A stretch of 63,228 bases of DNA from assembly GCA_035654135.1 (NCBI GenBank), contig DASRXN010000065.1, forward strand, positions 1-63,228. The letters run 5' to 3'. The notes below the pieces were generated by a model, which was not told the DNA's origin, ran no database searches, and saw nothing but the letters and a program-made list of their open reading frames with translations. The position numbers and the translations under genes are program-made. This DNA is from Rhodocyclaceae bacterium (GTDB lineage: Bacteria; Pseudomonadota; Gammaproteobacteria; Burkholderiales; Rhodocyclaceae). This document shows positions 19,517 to 28,811 of this stretch, piece after piece (the first letter of the stretch is position 1; the number at the start of each line of letters is the position of its first letter).

Positions 19517-20770
19517 ATGCAGCTTTTCGCCCTGGGTATCAATCACCATACCGCGCCGCTGGCTGTGCGCGAACAGGTGACGTTCGATCTCGCCCGGCTG
19601 CCTTTGGCACTGCATGACCTGTTGCGCGCCAAGCCGGTGCGGGAAGCGGCGATCCTGTCCACCTGCAACCGGACGGAGCTCTATTGCGCCGCCGACGGAC
19701 CCGAAGCGGCGGCCGAATGGCTGGCCGAGTATCACGCCCTGACGCCGGGCCGCATCCAGCCCTATCTCTACACGCACCCGCAGCGAAGCGCGGTGCGGCA
19801 CATGTTCCGCGTCGCTTCCGGCCTCGATTCCATGGTGCTCGGCGAGCCGCAGATCCTCGGCCAAATGAAACAGGCGGCGCGTCTCGCCGAAGAGGCCGGC
19901 ACGCTCGGCACGCTGCTCAACAAGCTGTTCCAGCGCACCTTCGCGGTCGCCAAGGAAGTACGTTCGACCACCGCCATCGGCGCCAACATCGTTTCCATGG
20001 CTGCCGCTTCCGTGCATCTGTCGGCGCGCATCTTCGAGGATCTGAAACAGCAGAAGATCCTGTTCGTCGGCGCCGGCGAAATGATTGAGCTGTGCGCTGC
20101 GCACTTTGCCGGTGAGAAGCCCAAGCGCCTGACCATCGCCAATCGCACCATCGAACGCGCCGAGGCGCTGGCCGCCCGCTTCGGCGGCGATGCCATGCGC
20201 CTCGACGAACTGGGCGAGCGCCTGGCCGAATACGACGTCGTCGTCGCCTGCACGGCCAGCCCCCTGCCGATCGTCGGCCTGGGCATGGTCGAGCGCGCGC
20301 TCAAGGCGCGCCGCCACCGGCCGATAGTGATGGTCGATCTGGCCGTACCGCGCGACATCGAATCGGAAGTGGACAAGCTCGACGACGTCTTTCTCTACAC
20401 CCTGGACGATCTCGGCCAGATCGTCGAGCAGGGGCTGGAATCGCGCCAGGCCGCGGTGGTCGAGGCGGAGGCGATCATCGACGGCCAGGTGCATGATTTT
20501 CTCCAGTGGGTCGATGCCCGCGAAGTGGTGCCGACCATCCGGGCGCTGCGCGACACGGCCGAACGGGCCCGCCGCCACGAGGTCGATCACGCCGTCAAGA
20601 TGCTGCGCCGGGGCGACGATCCCGCCCAGGTGCTGGAGGCCCTTTCGCGCGGTCTGACCAACAAGCTCTTGCACGGTCCGACCCACGCCCTTAACCAGGC
20701 TGAGGGCGACGAGCGCAACAGGCTTTCCGAGCTCGTTTCCCGCATATTCCATCTTCACCCCGGCGAGTAG
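19517..20770 (+). CDS. hemA: glutamyl-tRNA reductase
   Basis: 417 aa, [23 protein letters not shown]...[11 protein letters not shown]...; it lies in the conserved hemA-prfA-prmC arrangement. Confidence 0.95.
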   Translation: MQLFALGINHHTAPLAVREQVTFDLARLPLALHDLLRAKPVREAAILSTCNRTELYCAADGPEAAAEWLAEYHALTPGRIQPYLYTHPQRSAVRHMFRVASGLDSMVLGEPQILGQMKQAARLAEEAGTLGTLLNKLFQRTFAVAKEVRSTTAIGANIVSMAAASVHLSARIFEDLKQQKILFVGAGEMIELCAAHFAGEKPKRLTIANRTIERAEALAARFGGDAMRLDELGERLAEYDVVVACTASPLPIVGLGMVERALKARRHRPIVMVDLAVPRDIESEVDKLDDVFLYTLDDLGQIVEQGLESRQAAVVEAEAIIDGQVHDFLQWVDAREVVPTIRALRDTAERARRHEVDHAVKMLRRGDDPAQVLEALSRGLTNKLLHGPTHALNQAEGDERNRLSELVSRIFHLHPGE

Positions 20771-20818
20771 CTGCGCCGCTCTGCCGTCGGCGTGTCGCCA
20801 CGGCTGACTTTCCATGCC

Positions 20819-21895
20819 ATGAAATCCAGTATCCGTGACAAGCTCGAACAACTGACCCGCCGCCGCGAGGAGCTCGACGCCATGCTCGGCGACGAACTGG
20901 CCACACGCGACATGGACAACTACCGCAAGCTGACGCGCGAGCATGCCGAGATCGAGCCGGTCGTCGGCCTCTACGCGGCCTACCGGGCGGCGGAAGCCGA
21001 TCAGGCGACGGCGCGCGAGATGCTCGCCGACCCTGACATGAAGGCGCTCGCCGAAGAGGAGATCGGCACTGCGCAGGCCGACATTGTGCGGCTTGAAGAC
21101 GAGCTGCAGAAGGCGCTGCTGCCGCGCGATCCCAACGACGAGCGCAACCTGTTCCTGGAAATCCGCGCCGGCACCGGCGGCGAAGAGTCGGCGCTGTTCG
21201 CCGGCGATCTCTATCGCATGTACTCGCGCTATGCCGAGCGGCAGGGCTGGAAGGTCGAGCAGGTGTCGGCCAGCGAGTCGGACCTCGGCGGCTACAAGGA
21301 AGCGATCCTGCGCATCGCCGGCAGCGGCGCCTACTCGAAACTCAAGTTCGAGTCGGGCGGCCACCGTGTTCAGCGCGTGCCGGAAACCGAGGCCCAGGGC
21401 CGCATTCACACCTCGGCATGCACCGTGGCGGTGTTGCCGGAAGTCGACGAGGTGGCCGACGTGAATATCAATCCGGCCGACCTGAGCATCGACACCTTTC
21501 GCGCTTCCGGCGCCGGCGGCCAGCACATCAACAAGACCGACTCGGCGGTGCGCATCACCCACCTGCCGACCGGCATCGTAGTCGAATGCCAGGACGACCG
21601 TTCCCAGCACCGCAACAAGGCGCAGGCGATGAGCGTGCTGGCGGCCCGTATCAAGGACGCGCAGGTGCGCGAGCAGCAGCAGAAGATCGCCAGCGAGCGC
21701 AAGTCGCTGATCGGCAGCGGCGACCGCTCCGAGCGCATCCGCACCTACAACTTCCCGCAGGGCCGGGTCACCGACCACCGCATCAACCTGACGCTCTACA
21801 AGTTGGGCATGGTGATGGAAGGTGATCTCGACGAGCTGGTCGCGGCGCTCACCGCCGAACATCAGGCCGAACTGTTGGCCGCCCTGGCTGAATGA
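20819..21895 (+). CDS. prfA: peptide chain release factor 1
   Basis: The ATG at 20819 gives [12 protein letters not shown]..., aligning with the E. coli PrfA N-terminus. The GGQ motif ([11 protein letters not shown]) and the PxT-type region are present. The track start at 20792 is an upstream GTG. Confidence 0.95.
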   Translation: MKSSIRDKLEQLTRRREELDAMLGDELATRDMDNYRKLTREHAEIEPVVGLYAAYRAAEADQATAREMLADPDMKALAEEEIGTAQADIVRLEDELQKALLPRDPNDERNLFLEIRAGTGGEESALFAGDLYRMYSRYAERQGWKVEQVSASESDLGGYKEAILRIAGSGAYSKLKFESGGHRVQRVPETEAQGRIHTSACTVAVLPEVDEVADVNINPADLSIDTFRASGAGGQHINKTDSAVRITHLPTGIVVECQDDRSQHRNKAQAMSVLAARIKDAQVREQQQKIASERKSLIGSGDRSERIRTYNFPQGRVTDHRINLTLYKLGMVMEGDLDELVAALTAEHQAELLAALAE

Positions 21896-22701
21896 TCATT
21901 GCCGAGGCGCTGGCGCAGGCCAGGGAGTCGATTCCCACGGGCGAGGCGCGGCTGTTGCTGCGCCAAGTGCTCGGCTGCACACCTGCTGACATCGCTGCGC
22001 ATCCAGAGCGTTTGCTGACACCCGATGAAAGTGAGCGCTTCGTCACACTCGTTTCGCGCCGCGCCGCGGGCGAGCCGATTGCCTACCTGATCGGTAGCCG
22101 AGAGTTTTTCGGCCGCGAGTTTCAGGTTACGCCTGCCGTGCTTATTCCTCGCCCTGAGACAGAGATGTTGGTGGAGGTGGCGCTGGCAAAAGTCAGTCGT
22201 GACGACACGCCGAGGATTCTCGATCTCGGCGCCGGCAGCGGCTGCGTGGCCATTACGCTGGCGCTGGAAACCGGTACCGAGGTGACGGCGGTCGACCTGT
22301 CGACCGAGGCGCTGGCAGTGGCGCGGGGCAACGCGCAGCGGCTGGGGGCGACGGCGCAATTCATCGCCAGCGACTGGTTTTCCGCCATCGACGGCGCCTT
22401 CGATCTGATCGTCGCCAACCCGCCCTATGTGGCCGAGGGCGACCCGCATTTGACTGAGGGCGACCTGCGCTTCGAACCGGCGCTGGCGCTGGCCTGCGGC
22501 GCGGACGGCCTCAACGCCATTCGCCGCATCGTCGCCGACACCCCGCGCCACCTGCTGCCTGGCGGCTGGCTGTTCATGGAACACGGCTACGACCAGGCAG
22601 CGGCGGTGCGCGGGCTGTTGGTCGAGGCCGGCTTCGCTGACATCGAGCAGCATCGGGATCTGGCGGGCATCGTGCGAATCAGCGGCGGACGGCGGGCTTG
22701 A
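21892..22701 (+). CDS. prmC: release factor glutamine N5-methyltransferase
   Basis: 269 aa with an ATGA overlap onto prfA. It has the SAM-binding motif ILDLGAGSG and the NPPY motif (IVANPPYV). Confidence 0.9.
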   Translation: MIIAEALAQARESIPTGEARLLLRQVLGCTPADIAAHPERLLTPDESERFVTLVSRRAAGEPIAYLIGSREFFGREFQVTPAVLIPRPETEMLVEVALAKVSRDDTPRILDLGAGSGCVAITLALETGTEVTAVDLSTEALAVARGNAQRLGATAQFIASDWFSAIDGAFDLIVANPPYVAEGDPHLTEGDLRFEPALALACGADGLNAIRRIVADTPRHLLPGGWLFMEHGYDQAAAVRGLLVEAGFADIEQHRDLAGIVRISGGRRA

Positions 22702-22768
22702 CCGCGCCGATGACCGCCACTAGAATAATCCCGACTGTTTTAATAAACTATTATTCAAGGAACCCGAC

Positions 22769-23089
22769 ATGGATGCCAAACAGAAGATTCACCAGACCGT
22801 GACGCAGAACCCCGTCGTCCTTTACATGAAGGGCACGAAGCAGTTTCCGACCTGTGGTTTTTCCGGCCGCGCCACCCAGATCCTCAAAGCTTGCGGGGTC
22901 GGTTTTGTCGACGTGAACGTGCTTGCCGATCCGGAAGTCGTGCCGGCGCTGCGCGAATACGCCAACTGGCCGACTATCCCGGTGCTCTACATCAATGGCG
23001 AATTCATCGGCGGTTGCGACATCATGACCGAGATGTACCAGGCCGGCGAACTGCAACAGAAACTCGCGGCCGTCGCTCAGCCGGCGTAA
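22769..23089 (+). CDS. grxD: monothiol glutaredoxin (Grx4 family)
   Basis: 106 aa with the CGFS active site (FPTCGFSGRA) and the WPTIPVLYINGEFIGGCDI motif. Confidence 0.9.
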   Translation: MDAKQKIHQTVTQNPVVLYMKGTKQFPTCGFSGRATQILKACGVGFVDVNVLADPEVVPALREYANWPTIPVLYINGEFIGGCDIMTEMYQAGELQQKLAAVAQPA

Positions 23090-23092
23090 TCC

Positions 23093-23854
23093 CTAGCGCA
23101 ACTCGGCCAGCAGCTTTTCGATCATGCGCCGGGCCTGACCGAGGTAACCGGCGCCGAAGAGGTTGAAGTGGTTGAGCACGTGGTAGAGGTTGTAGAGCGT
23201 CTTGCGCGTCTCGTAGCCCGGGTCGAGCGGCCAGGCGGCACGGTAGGCGGCATAGAAGGACTCGGGAAAGCCGCCGAAGAGTTCCGTCATGGCGACGTCC
23301 GTCTCGCGATCCCCGTAATAGGTGGCCGGATCGAAGATCACCGGCGTGCCGTCGGCCAGCGCTGAGGCATTGCCGCCCCAGAGATCCCCGTGCAGTAGCG
23401 ATGGCGGGGGGTGGTAGTCGAGAAAGAAGGCGCTGACGCGCTCTGCCAGGCTTTCACCCTGTTGAGCGAGACTTCGCTCCATGCCGTTGTCGCGCGCCCG
23501 GCGCAGTTGTGGCCGCAGGCGGCGCTCGGCGTAGAAAAGCGCCCAGTTGTCACGCCAGCCATTTTCCTGCGGCGAGCCGCCGATCCAGTTGTCGGACTCG
23601 AAGCCGAAGCGCTCGCCGGTATGGCGATGCAGGTCGGCAAGCTGCCTGCCGAGCATGGCGCCGCTGGTGCGGTCGAGGCCGCGCAGATCGAGATATTCGA
23701 GGTCGATGCGCGCCTGGTTCTCGACCAGTCCGCAGGAAATGACTTCCGGCACGCGTACGGTACCGGTGGTGCGCAGTGCAGCGAGTCCTGCGGCTTCGGC
23801 CTCGAACATCGGCAGTGCTACGGCGGCCGCGGACTTGGTGAAGCGACGCCCCAT
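23093..23854 (-). CDS. fructosamine/ketosamine kinase family protein, N-terminally truncated relative to typical homologs
   Basis: The ATG at 23852-23854 overlaps the TGA of the upstream kinase gene (ATGA). The protein starts MGRRFTKSAAAVALPMFEAEAAGLAAL, which corresponds to roughly residue 40 onward of E. coli YniA (..FFVKCDERELLPGFTAEADQLELL). The C-lobe motifs are intact (LLHGDLWGGN, FDPATYYGDRETDVAM). The in-frame sequence upstream is Arg-rich with no resemblance to the family. Confidence 0.75.
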   Translation of the reverse strand: MGRRFTKSAAAVALPMFEAEAAGLAALRTTGTVRVPEVISCGLVENQARIDLEYLDLRGLDRTSGAMLGRQLADLHRHTGERFGFESDNWIGGSPQENGWRDNWALFYAERRLRPQLRRARDNGMERSLAQQGESLAERVSAFFLDYHPPPSLLHGDLWGGNASALADGTPVIFDPATYYGDRETDVAMTELFGGFPESFYAAYRAAWPLDPGYETRKTLYNLYHVLNHFNLFGAGYLGQARRMIEKLLAELR

Positions 23855-25149
23855 CAATCGGCGGCAAGCCGGACGTTGGCCTGGCTGAGTCGGCCGGCCA
23901 GCACCTCGAGAAATGACTGGTAGAAGTGCATCCGGCAGACGTCGGAAGCGTTGCGCAGGGCTGCTCCGGAGATGGTGACGACCTTGGCCATGGTTTGAGC
24001 AATGACGTCCGCGCCACGCACGCGTTGGCCACCACCGATGACGGCCATTTCGCCGAAGCAATCGCCTGGCGCCAGCAGGCTCAGGGTGCGGCCTTTCTTG
24101 ACCACGCGCAGTTCGCCTTCGGTGAGGAAACAGAAGAAGTCGCCGGCCTCGCGGTCCTTCATGATCAAGGTGTCGGGCTTGACCTCGTCCCAGCGCGAGA
24201 AGCGCAGCACTTCCCAGATCTCGACGTCGGAAAATTCCCGGAAGAAATGCAGGCCGCGCAGCGTTTCGAACTTTTCGCTGTCGGGAAATTCATGTCGTCG
24301 CGTTGCCGCCTGCTTGTTGCGGAAAGCCTGGGCAAGATCGTGCGAAAACTCATCCCAGTTCGCGTAGCGGGCGTTTGTTTCCTTCTGCATTGCGCGCGTC
24401 ACCACCGCGTCGAGGCCCGGCGGCACATCGGTGCGCAAGGTGGACGGTGGCGGCGGCTCGGTATTGCAGATCTGATAAATCATGCCGAAATTGCTGGTGG
24501 CCTGGAATGGCAGTCGGCCCGTCAGCAACTGGTACATCACGACGCCGAGCGAATAGATGTCGGTCTGGTGGTCGAGCGGCATCTCCCGCACCTGCTGCGG
24601 CGACATGTAGGCCGGCGAGCCGATGCCGGAAACCTGCGTCTGCGCGTCGTTGGCATTCTGGATGGCAGCGCCGAAATCGGAGATCTTGATGTCGCCGCGC
24701 AACGTCTTCTCGCCGATGCCGGCAAAGAGAATGTTGGCCGGCTTGATGTCGCGGTGGGTGATGCCCAGTCGATACGCGTAATCGAGTGCCCGCGTGCACT
24801 TGAAGATGATTTCGACCAGCCGCTCCAGCGGCAGCAGGTTGTCCGGCGCGCAGAACTGTTCGAGCGTGCCGCCGGCGACGTACTCCATGACGATGTAGCT
24901 CTGCTCCTCGGCCACCACGGCGTCGAAGATCTGCACGATGTGCGGATGCACCAGCTTGCCGGCGAGCGAGGCTTCGTTGATCAGCAGGTGACGGTAAACC
25001 CGGCCGCGCTCGCTGTCCTGCAGCGCTTCGGGGGAAATCACCTTGACGGCAACCTCGCGGCCGCCGAAGGGGTCGTGCGCGAGGTAAACCGTGGCAGTGG
25101 CGCCCTCGCCAAGCTTGCGGATGATCTCGTACTTGCCGAGACGTTCCAT
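23854..25149 (-). CDS. Hanks-type Ser/Thr protein kinase fused to a C-terminal cyclic-nucleotide-binding domain
   Basis: 431 aa. Kinase motifs are LGEGATATVY, AVKVI, HRDIKPANIL, DFG and SPAYMSPQ. The C-terminal roughly 130 aa carry a cNMP-binding fold signature (FFREFSDVEIWEVL...GDFFCFLTEGELRV...PGDCFGEMAVIGGGQRVRGADVIA). Confidence 0.85.
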   Translation of the reverse strand: MERLGKYEIIRKLGEGATATVYLAHDPFGGREVAVKVISPEALQDSERGRVYRHLLINEASLAGKLVHPHIVQIFDAVVAEEQSYIVMEYVAGGTLEQFCAPDNLLPLERLVEIIFKCTRALDYAYRLGITHRDIKPANILFAGIGEKTLRGDIKISDFGAAIQNANDAQTQVSGIGSPAYMSPQQVREMPLDHQTDIYSLGVVMYQLLTGRLPFQATSNFGMIYQICNTEPPPPSTLRTDVPPGLDAVVTRAMQKETNARYANWDEFSHDLAQAFRNKQAATRRHEFPDSEKFETLRGLHFFREFSDVEIWEVLRFSRWDEVKPDTLIMKDREAGDFFCFLTEGELRVVKKGRTLSLLAPGDCFGEMAVIGGGQRVRGADVIAQTMAKVVTISGAALRNASDVCRMHFYQSFLEVLAGRLSQANVRLAAD

Positions 25150-25157
25150 CAGAGCTC

Positions 25158-26534
25158 TTATTCGAGACGCCGGCGGGCGCGCTCGATGGCGGCGCGAACC
25201 TGATGCGGCGCTGTGCCGCCGACATGATCGCGGGCAGCCAGCGAGCCGGCCACCGTCAGCACCGCGAACACGTCGTCGCCGATCAGGGCCGAGAAGCCTT
25301 GCAGTTCGGCCAGCGACAGGTCGGCAAGATCGCAGCCCTTTGTTTCCGCCGCGCGCACGGCACGGGCTACGGCTTCGTGGGCGTCGCGGAAGGGCAGACC
25401 CTTCTTGACCAGGTAGTCGGCGAGATCCGTCGCCGTGGCGTAACCCTGCTTCAACGCGGCGGCCATCGCTGTCGCTTTGACCTGAATTCCCTGCACCAGG
25501 TCGGCGAAGATGCGCAGCGTGTCCGTCACGGTGTCGACGGTGTCGAACAACGGTTCCTTGTCTTCCTGGTTGTCCTTGTTGTAGGCCAGCGGCTGGCCCT
25601 TCATGAGGGTCAGCAGGCCTATCAGGTGGCCATAGACGCGGCCGGTCTTGCCGCGCGCGAGTTCAGGTACGTCAGGGTTCTTCTTCTGCGGCATGATCGA
25701 CGAGCCGGTGCAGAAACGGTCGGCGAGGTCGATGAAGCCGACGCGCGGGCTCATCCAGAGAATCATCTCCTCAGAGAAGCGCGAGACGTGCATCATGATC
25801 AGCGACGCCGCGGCGCAGAACTCGATGGCGAAGTCGCGATCGGAGACGGCATCAAGCGAGTTCTCGCACACCGACTCGAAACCGAGCTCGCGGGCGACGA
25901 ACTCGCGGTCGATGGCAAAGGTGGTGCCGGCCAGCGCGGCGGCACCCAGCGGCAGGCGGTTGACGCGGCGGCGGCAATCGGCCAGCCGTTCGCGGTCGCG
26001 GTTCGCCATCTCGACATAGGCGAGCAGGTGATGACCGAAAGTGACCGGTTGCGCCACCTGCAGGTGCGTGAAGCCGGGCAGCGGCGTGTCGACGTGCTTC
26101 TCCGCCATGTCGAGCAGGGCGCGCTGATAATTCGTCAGCAGGCCGATGACGGCGTCGATGCTGTCGCGCAACCAGAGGCGAATGTCCGTCGCCACCTGGT
26201 CGTTGCGCGAACGGCCGGTGTGCAGGCGCTTGCCGGCATCGCCGACCAGCGCGGTCAGGCGCTTCTCGATGTTGAGATGGACGTCCTCGGCATCGAGGCT
26301 CCACTCGAATTCGCCGCGCTCGATCTCGCCGGCGATCTGCGTCATGCCCTGTTCGATGGCGGCGAGGTCGCCGGCGGTGATGATGCCCTGCTTTGCCAGC
26401 ATCCTGGCGTGAGCGAGCGAGCCGCGGATGTCCTGAGCGGCCATGCGCTGGTCGAAAAAGACCGAGGCTGTGTAGCGCTTGACGAGATCGGAAACGGGTT
26501 CGGAGAAGCGGCCCGACCAGGCTTTATCTGACAT
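25158..26534 (-). CDS. argH: argininosuccinate lyase
   Basis: Start at [25 protein letters not shown]... (ATG 26532-26534). It carries the fumarate-lyase signature [13 protein letters not shown]. The track ORF extension to 26888 is spurious. Confidence 0.95.
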   Translation of the reverse strand: MSDKAWSGRFSEPVSDLVKRYTASVFFDQRMAAQDIRGSLAHARMLAKQGIITAGDLAAIEQGMTQIAGEIERGEFEWSLDAEDVHLNIEKRLTALVGDAGKRLHTGRSRNDQVATDIRLWLRDSIDAVIGLLTNYQRALLDMAEKHVDTPLPGFTHLQVAQPVTFGHHLLAYVEMANRDRERLADCRRRVNRLPLGAAALAGTTFAIDREFVARELGFESVCENSLDAVSDRDFAIEFCAAASLIMMHVSRFSEEMILWMSPRVGFIDLADRFCTGSSIMPQKKNPDVPELARGKTGRVYGHLIGLLTLMKGQPLAYNKDNQEDKEPLFDTVDTVTDTLRIFADLVQGIQVKATAMAAALKQGYATATDLADYLVKKGLPFRDAHEAVARAVRAAETKGCDLADLSLAELQGFSALIGDDVFAVLTVAGSLAARDHVGGTAPHQVRAAIERARRRLE

Positions 26535-26622
26535 AATGAATTCGTTGAAATACGGCGTGTTCCGTGACATGGCGAGTATACGGGAAATGGGCCAGGACGC
26601 CGGTGAACGTAGGCGGCAAAAC

Positions 26623-27630
26623 ATGGGGCCGTCCTTTCGTGCGCCCCGCCTGCCGGACTTCTGCAATCTCGGCATCTGGCTGCGCGTGCTGCTGGCCGTC
26701 AATGGCATGGCGCTGGCGGCGGCCTTGGTGCGTAGTCGGGGATTGGCGCATCTGCCGGCGGAGTTTGCCGAACTGGCCGGACTGGTCGAACCCGTCTGCC
26801 TGGGCAGCCTGCTGGTTCTTTGCGCCGGCCAACGCTGGCTCGGTCGCCTGCCGCCTTCGGGTGCCGCCGCGGCCGTGGTCGCCGTCACGATGCTGGTCAG
26901 TGCCCTGTTCGCCAGCCTGCTGACGCCATTGACGTCCGGTGAAAGTCAGTCGTGGTGGTACGCCGGAATCTGGTCGGCGCTGACGGCCATCGTCCTCCTA
27001 ATGTGGTTCGATCTGGCGGCCCGCGCACATTCACCGGCGGTGACCGAGGCCCGGCTGATGGCGCTGACAGCGCGCATCCGTCCCCACTTCCTGTTCAACA
27101 GCCTCAACGCGGTGCTTGGTGTCATTCGCGCCGATCCCCGGCGGGCGGAGCAGGCGCTGGAGGAGTTGGCGGAGCTGTTTCGCGTCCTGATGCAGGACAA
27201 CCGCGAACTGGTGCCGCTCTCGGCCGAGATCAGCCTGGCCCGCCAGTACCTCGACCTCGAGCGCCTGCGGCTCGGCGAGCGACTTCAGGTGCGCTGGGAC
27301 ATCGAGTCCTGCCCGCCTGACGCCCTGGTACCGCCGCTGATGCTGCAACCGTTGCTGGAGAACGCCGTCTATCACGGCATCGAGCCTTTGGCCGGCCCCG
27401 GTGAAATCGATGTGCTCCTGGCCGGGCGCCAGAACCGGATATTGATCGAGATAGCCAATCCGTGCGGCGGCTCGGGCACCCCTCATGCCGGCAATCGCAT
27501 GGCGCTGGGCAACATCCGCGAGCGTCTGCTGCTGTTCTTCGATCTCGAGGCGACGCTGGCGACCGACCTTGCCGGTGATCGCTACCGGGTGCGTATCGAG
27601 TTGCCGTATCGGCACGGAGACGTTTCATGA
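26623..27630 (+). CDS. algZ: LytS/YehU-type sensor histidine kinase, AlgZ/FimS-like
   Basis: The N-terminal [19 protein letters not shown] motif is followed by multiple TM helices. A His_kinase region follows ([18 protein letters not shown]) and then an HATPase region ([13 protein letters not shown]). The start is uncertain; in-frame candidates are 26536, 26569, 26587 and 26623. I chose 26623 by analogy to AlgZ N-termini. Confidence 0.75.
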   Translation: MGPSFRAPRLPDFCNLGIWLRVLLAVNGMALAAALVRSRGLAHLPAEFAELAGLVEPVCLGSLLVLCAGQRWLGRLPPSGAAAAVVAVTMLVSALFASLLTPLTSGESQSWWYAGIWSALTAIVLLMWFDLAARAHSPAVTEARLMALTARIRPHFLFNSLNAVLGVIRADPRRAEQALEELAELFRVLMQDNRELVPLSAEISLARQYLDLERLRLGERLQVRWDIESCPPDALVPPLMLQPLLENAVYHGIEPLAGPGEIDVLLAGRQNRILIEIANPCGGSGTPHAGNRMALGNIRERLLLFFDLEATLATDLAGDRYRVRIELPYRHGDVS

Positions 27631-28406
27631 GCGCGCCGCTGCGCGTCCTGATCGTCGACGACGAGGCGCCAGCCCGGATGCGGCTGCGCAACCTGCTCGA
27701 CGATATCGCCGACCGCGTGCCCACCAGTATCGTTGCCGATGCCGCAGACGGTGTCGAGGCGCTCGAAAAGCTTGGCGATAGCGAGGTCGACGTCGCGCTG
27801 GTCGACATCCGCATGCCGCGCATGGACGGCATCGAACTGGCGCGCCAGCTGGCCAGCCAGGCCAGGCCCCCGGCGGTGATTTTTGCCACCGCTTACGATC
27901 AGTACGCGGTCAAGGCCTTCGATCTATCCGCAGTCGATTACCTGCTCAAGCCGGTCAAGGCCGAGCGTCTCGCCGAAGCGCTCCGAAAGGCCGCACGCAC
28001 GCCCGCCGCGACCGCGGCGGTGAGGGCGGCGGCCGAGGCCATCGAGCCTGGCGGCCGTCGCCACCTGCGCAGTTCCGAGCGTGGCAAGGTGCTGCTGGTG
28101 CCGGTGGCGGAGGTGATCTATTTCAAGGCCGAGCTGAAATACGTCACGGCGCGCACCGGCGAACGGGAGTTCCTGCTCGAGGAATCGCTGGCCCAGCTGG
28201 AAACGGAATTCGCCAGCCGCTTCATGCGCATTCATCGCAATTGTCTCGTGGCGCGCGACGCCATCGCCGGCTACGAGCGTGAACGCGAACACGAGGGCGC
28301 GGCGGATGTCGAGGTCTGCTGGAGCGTGATGCTGCGCGGCGTCCCGGAGCGTTTGCCGGTCAGCCGGCGCCAGTGGCCGCAGGTGAAGGCGCTGCTGGAG
28401 CGGTGA
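27627..28406 (+). CDS. algR: LytTR-family response regulator, AlgR-like
   Basis: ATGA overlap with the kinase gene. It has a receiver domain (RVLIVDDEAPARMRL...VALVDIRMPRMDG) and a C-terminal LytTR domain (VAEVIYFKAELKYVTARTGEREFLLEESLAQLE). Confidence 0.85.
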   Translation: MSAPLRVLIVDDEAPARMRLRNLLDDIADRVPTSIVADAADGVEALEKLGDSEVDVALVDIRMPRMDGIELARQLASQARPPAVIFATAYDQYAVKAFDLSAVDYLLKPVKAERLAEALRKAARTPAATAAVRAAAEAIEPGGRRHLRSSERGKVLLVPVAEVIYFKAELKYVTARTGEREFLLEESLAQLETEFASRFMRIHRNCLVARDAIAGYEREREHEGAADVEVCWSVMLRGVPERLPVSRRQWPQVKALLER

Positions 28407-28439
28407 CGGCGAGCCCGTCGCCGAACCCGCGGGCAGGCA

Positions 28440-28778
28440 TCAGTCGTCGCGCTTGCTCTCGAAATAGCCAACGTCGTCCACCCAGTTCCAGACATCGCCG
28501 CCCTTTTTCGGTTGCCGGACGGCCAGGCCCAGCTTCCGATAGACGGTGACCAGCCTGAGGATCTCGGCTGCCGCCTCGACCGGAAAGCCCTGACGGCCGG
28601 TGCGTGTCGTGATCAGCAATTCGTCGAAGAACGGTTCCATGTCGGGCGAGCCCCACAAGCGAACAATCTTTTCGACCACATGGGGGAACTGCTGCTCCAG
28701 CTGGCGCGGATACGCCTCGGCGAACTCCGGTCCGAGATGCTGCGCGAAGCGGGCGCGTATTTCTTCCGTCACCGGCAT
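28440..28778 (-). CDS. hypothetical protein (112 aa), function unknown
   Basis: The ORF has coding-like GC3-rich codon usage and starts 33 nt downstream of the ppc stop on the same strand. The sequence MPVTEEIRARFAQHLGPEFAEAYPRQLEQQFPHVVEKIVRLWGSPDMEPFFDELL...RQGFPVEAAAEILRL matches no family I can name. Confidence 0.5.
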   Translation of the reverse strand: MPVTEEIRARFAQHLGPEFAEAYPRQLEQQFPHVVEKIVRLWGSPDMEPFFDELLITTRTGRQGFPVEAAAEILRLVTVYRKLGLAVRQPKKGGDVWNWVDDVGYFESKRDD

Positions 28779-28811
28779 GATCCACCCGTCACTGTCATAA
28801 CGATCGTGATT

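Noticed and set aside
20819-21895. A possible recoding site in the release-factor gene.
   Set aside because: This is prfA (RF1), a single uninterrupted ORF. The well-known programmed frameshift belongs to prfB (RF2), which is not in the window.
26479-26622. A long N-terminal extension of the AlgZ-like kinase that would overlap the divergent argH start. Similar upstream extensions occur on the track ORFs at 4167, 12587, 31755, 34493, 41654..42937, 36022..37038 and 52025..53002.
   Set aside because: The extensions have no similarity to the respective protein families. They overlap neighbouring genes and arise only because stop codons are rare in GC-rich DNA. Starts were reassigned by alignment to known N-termini and by overlap logic.
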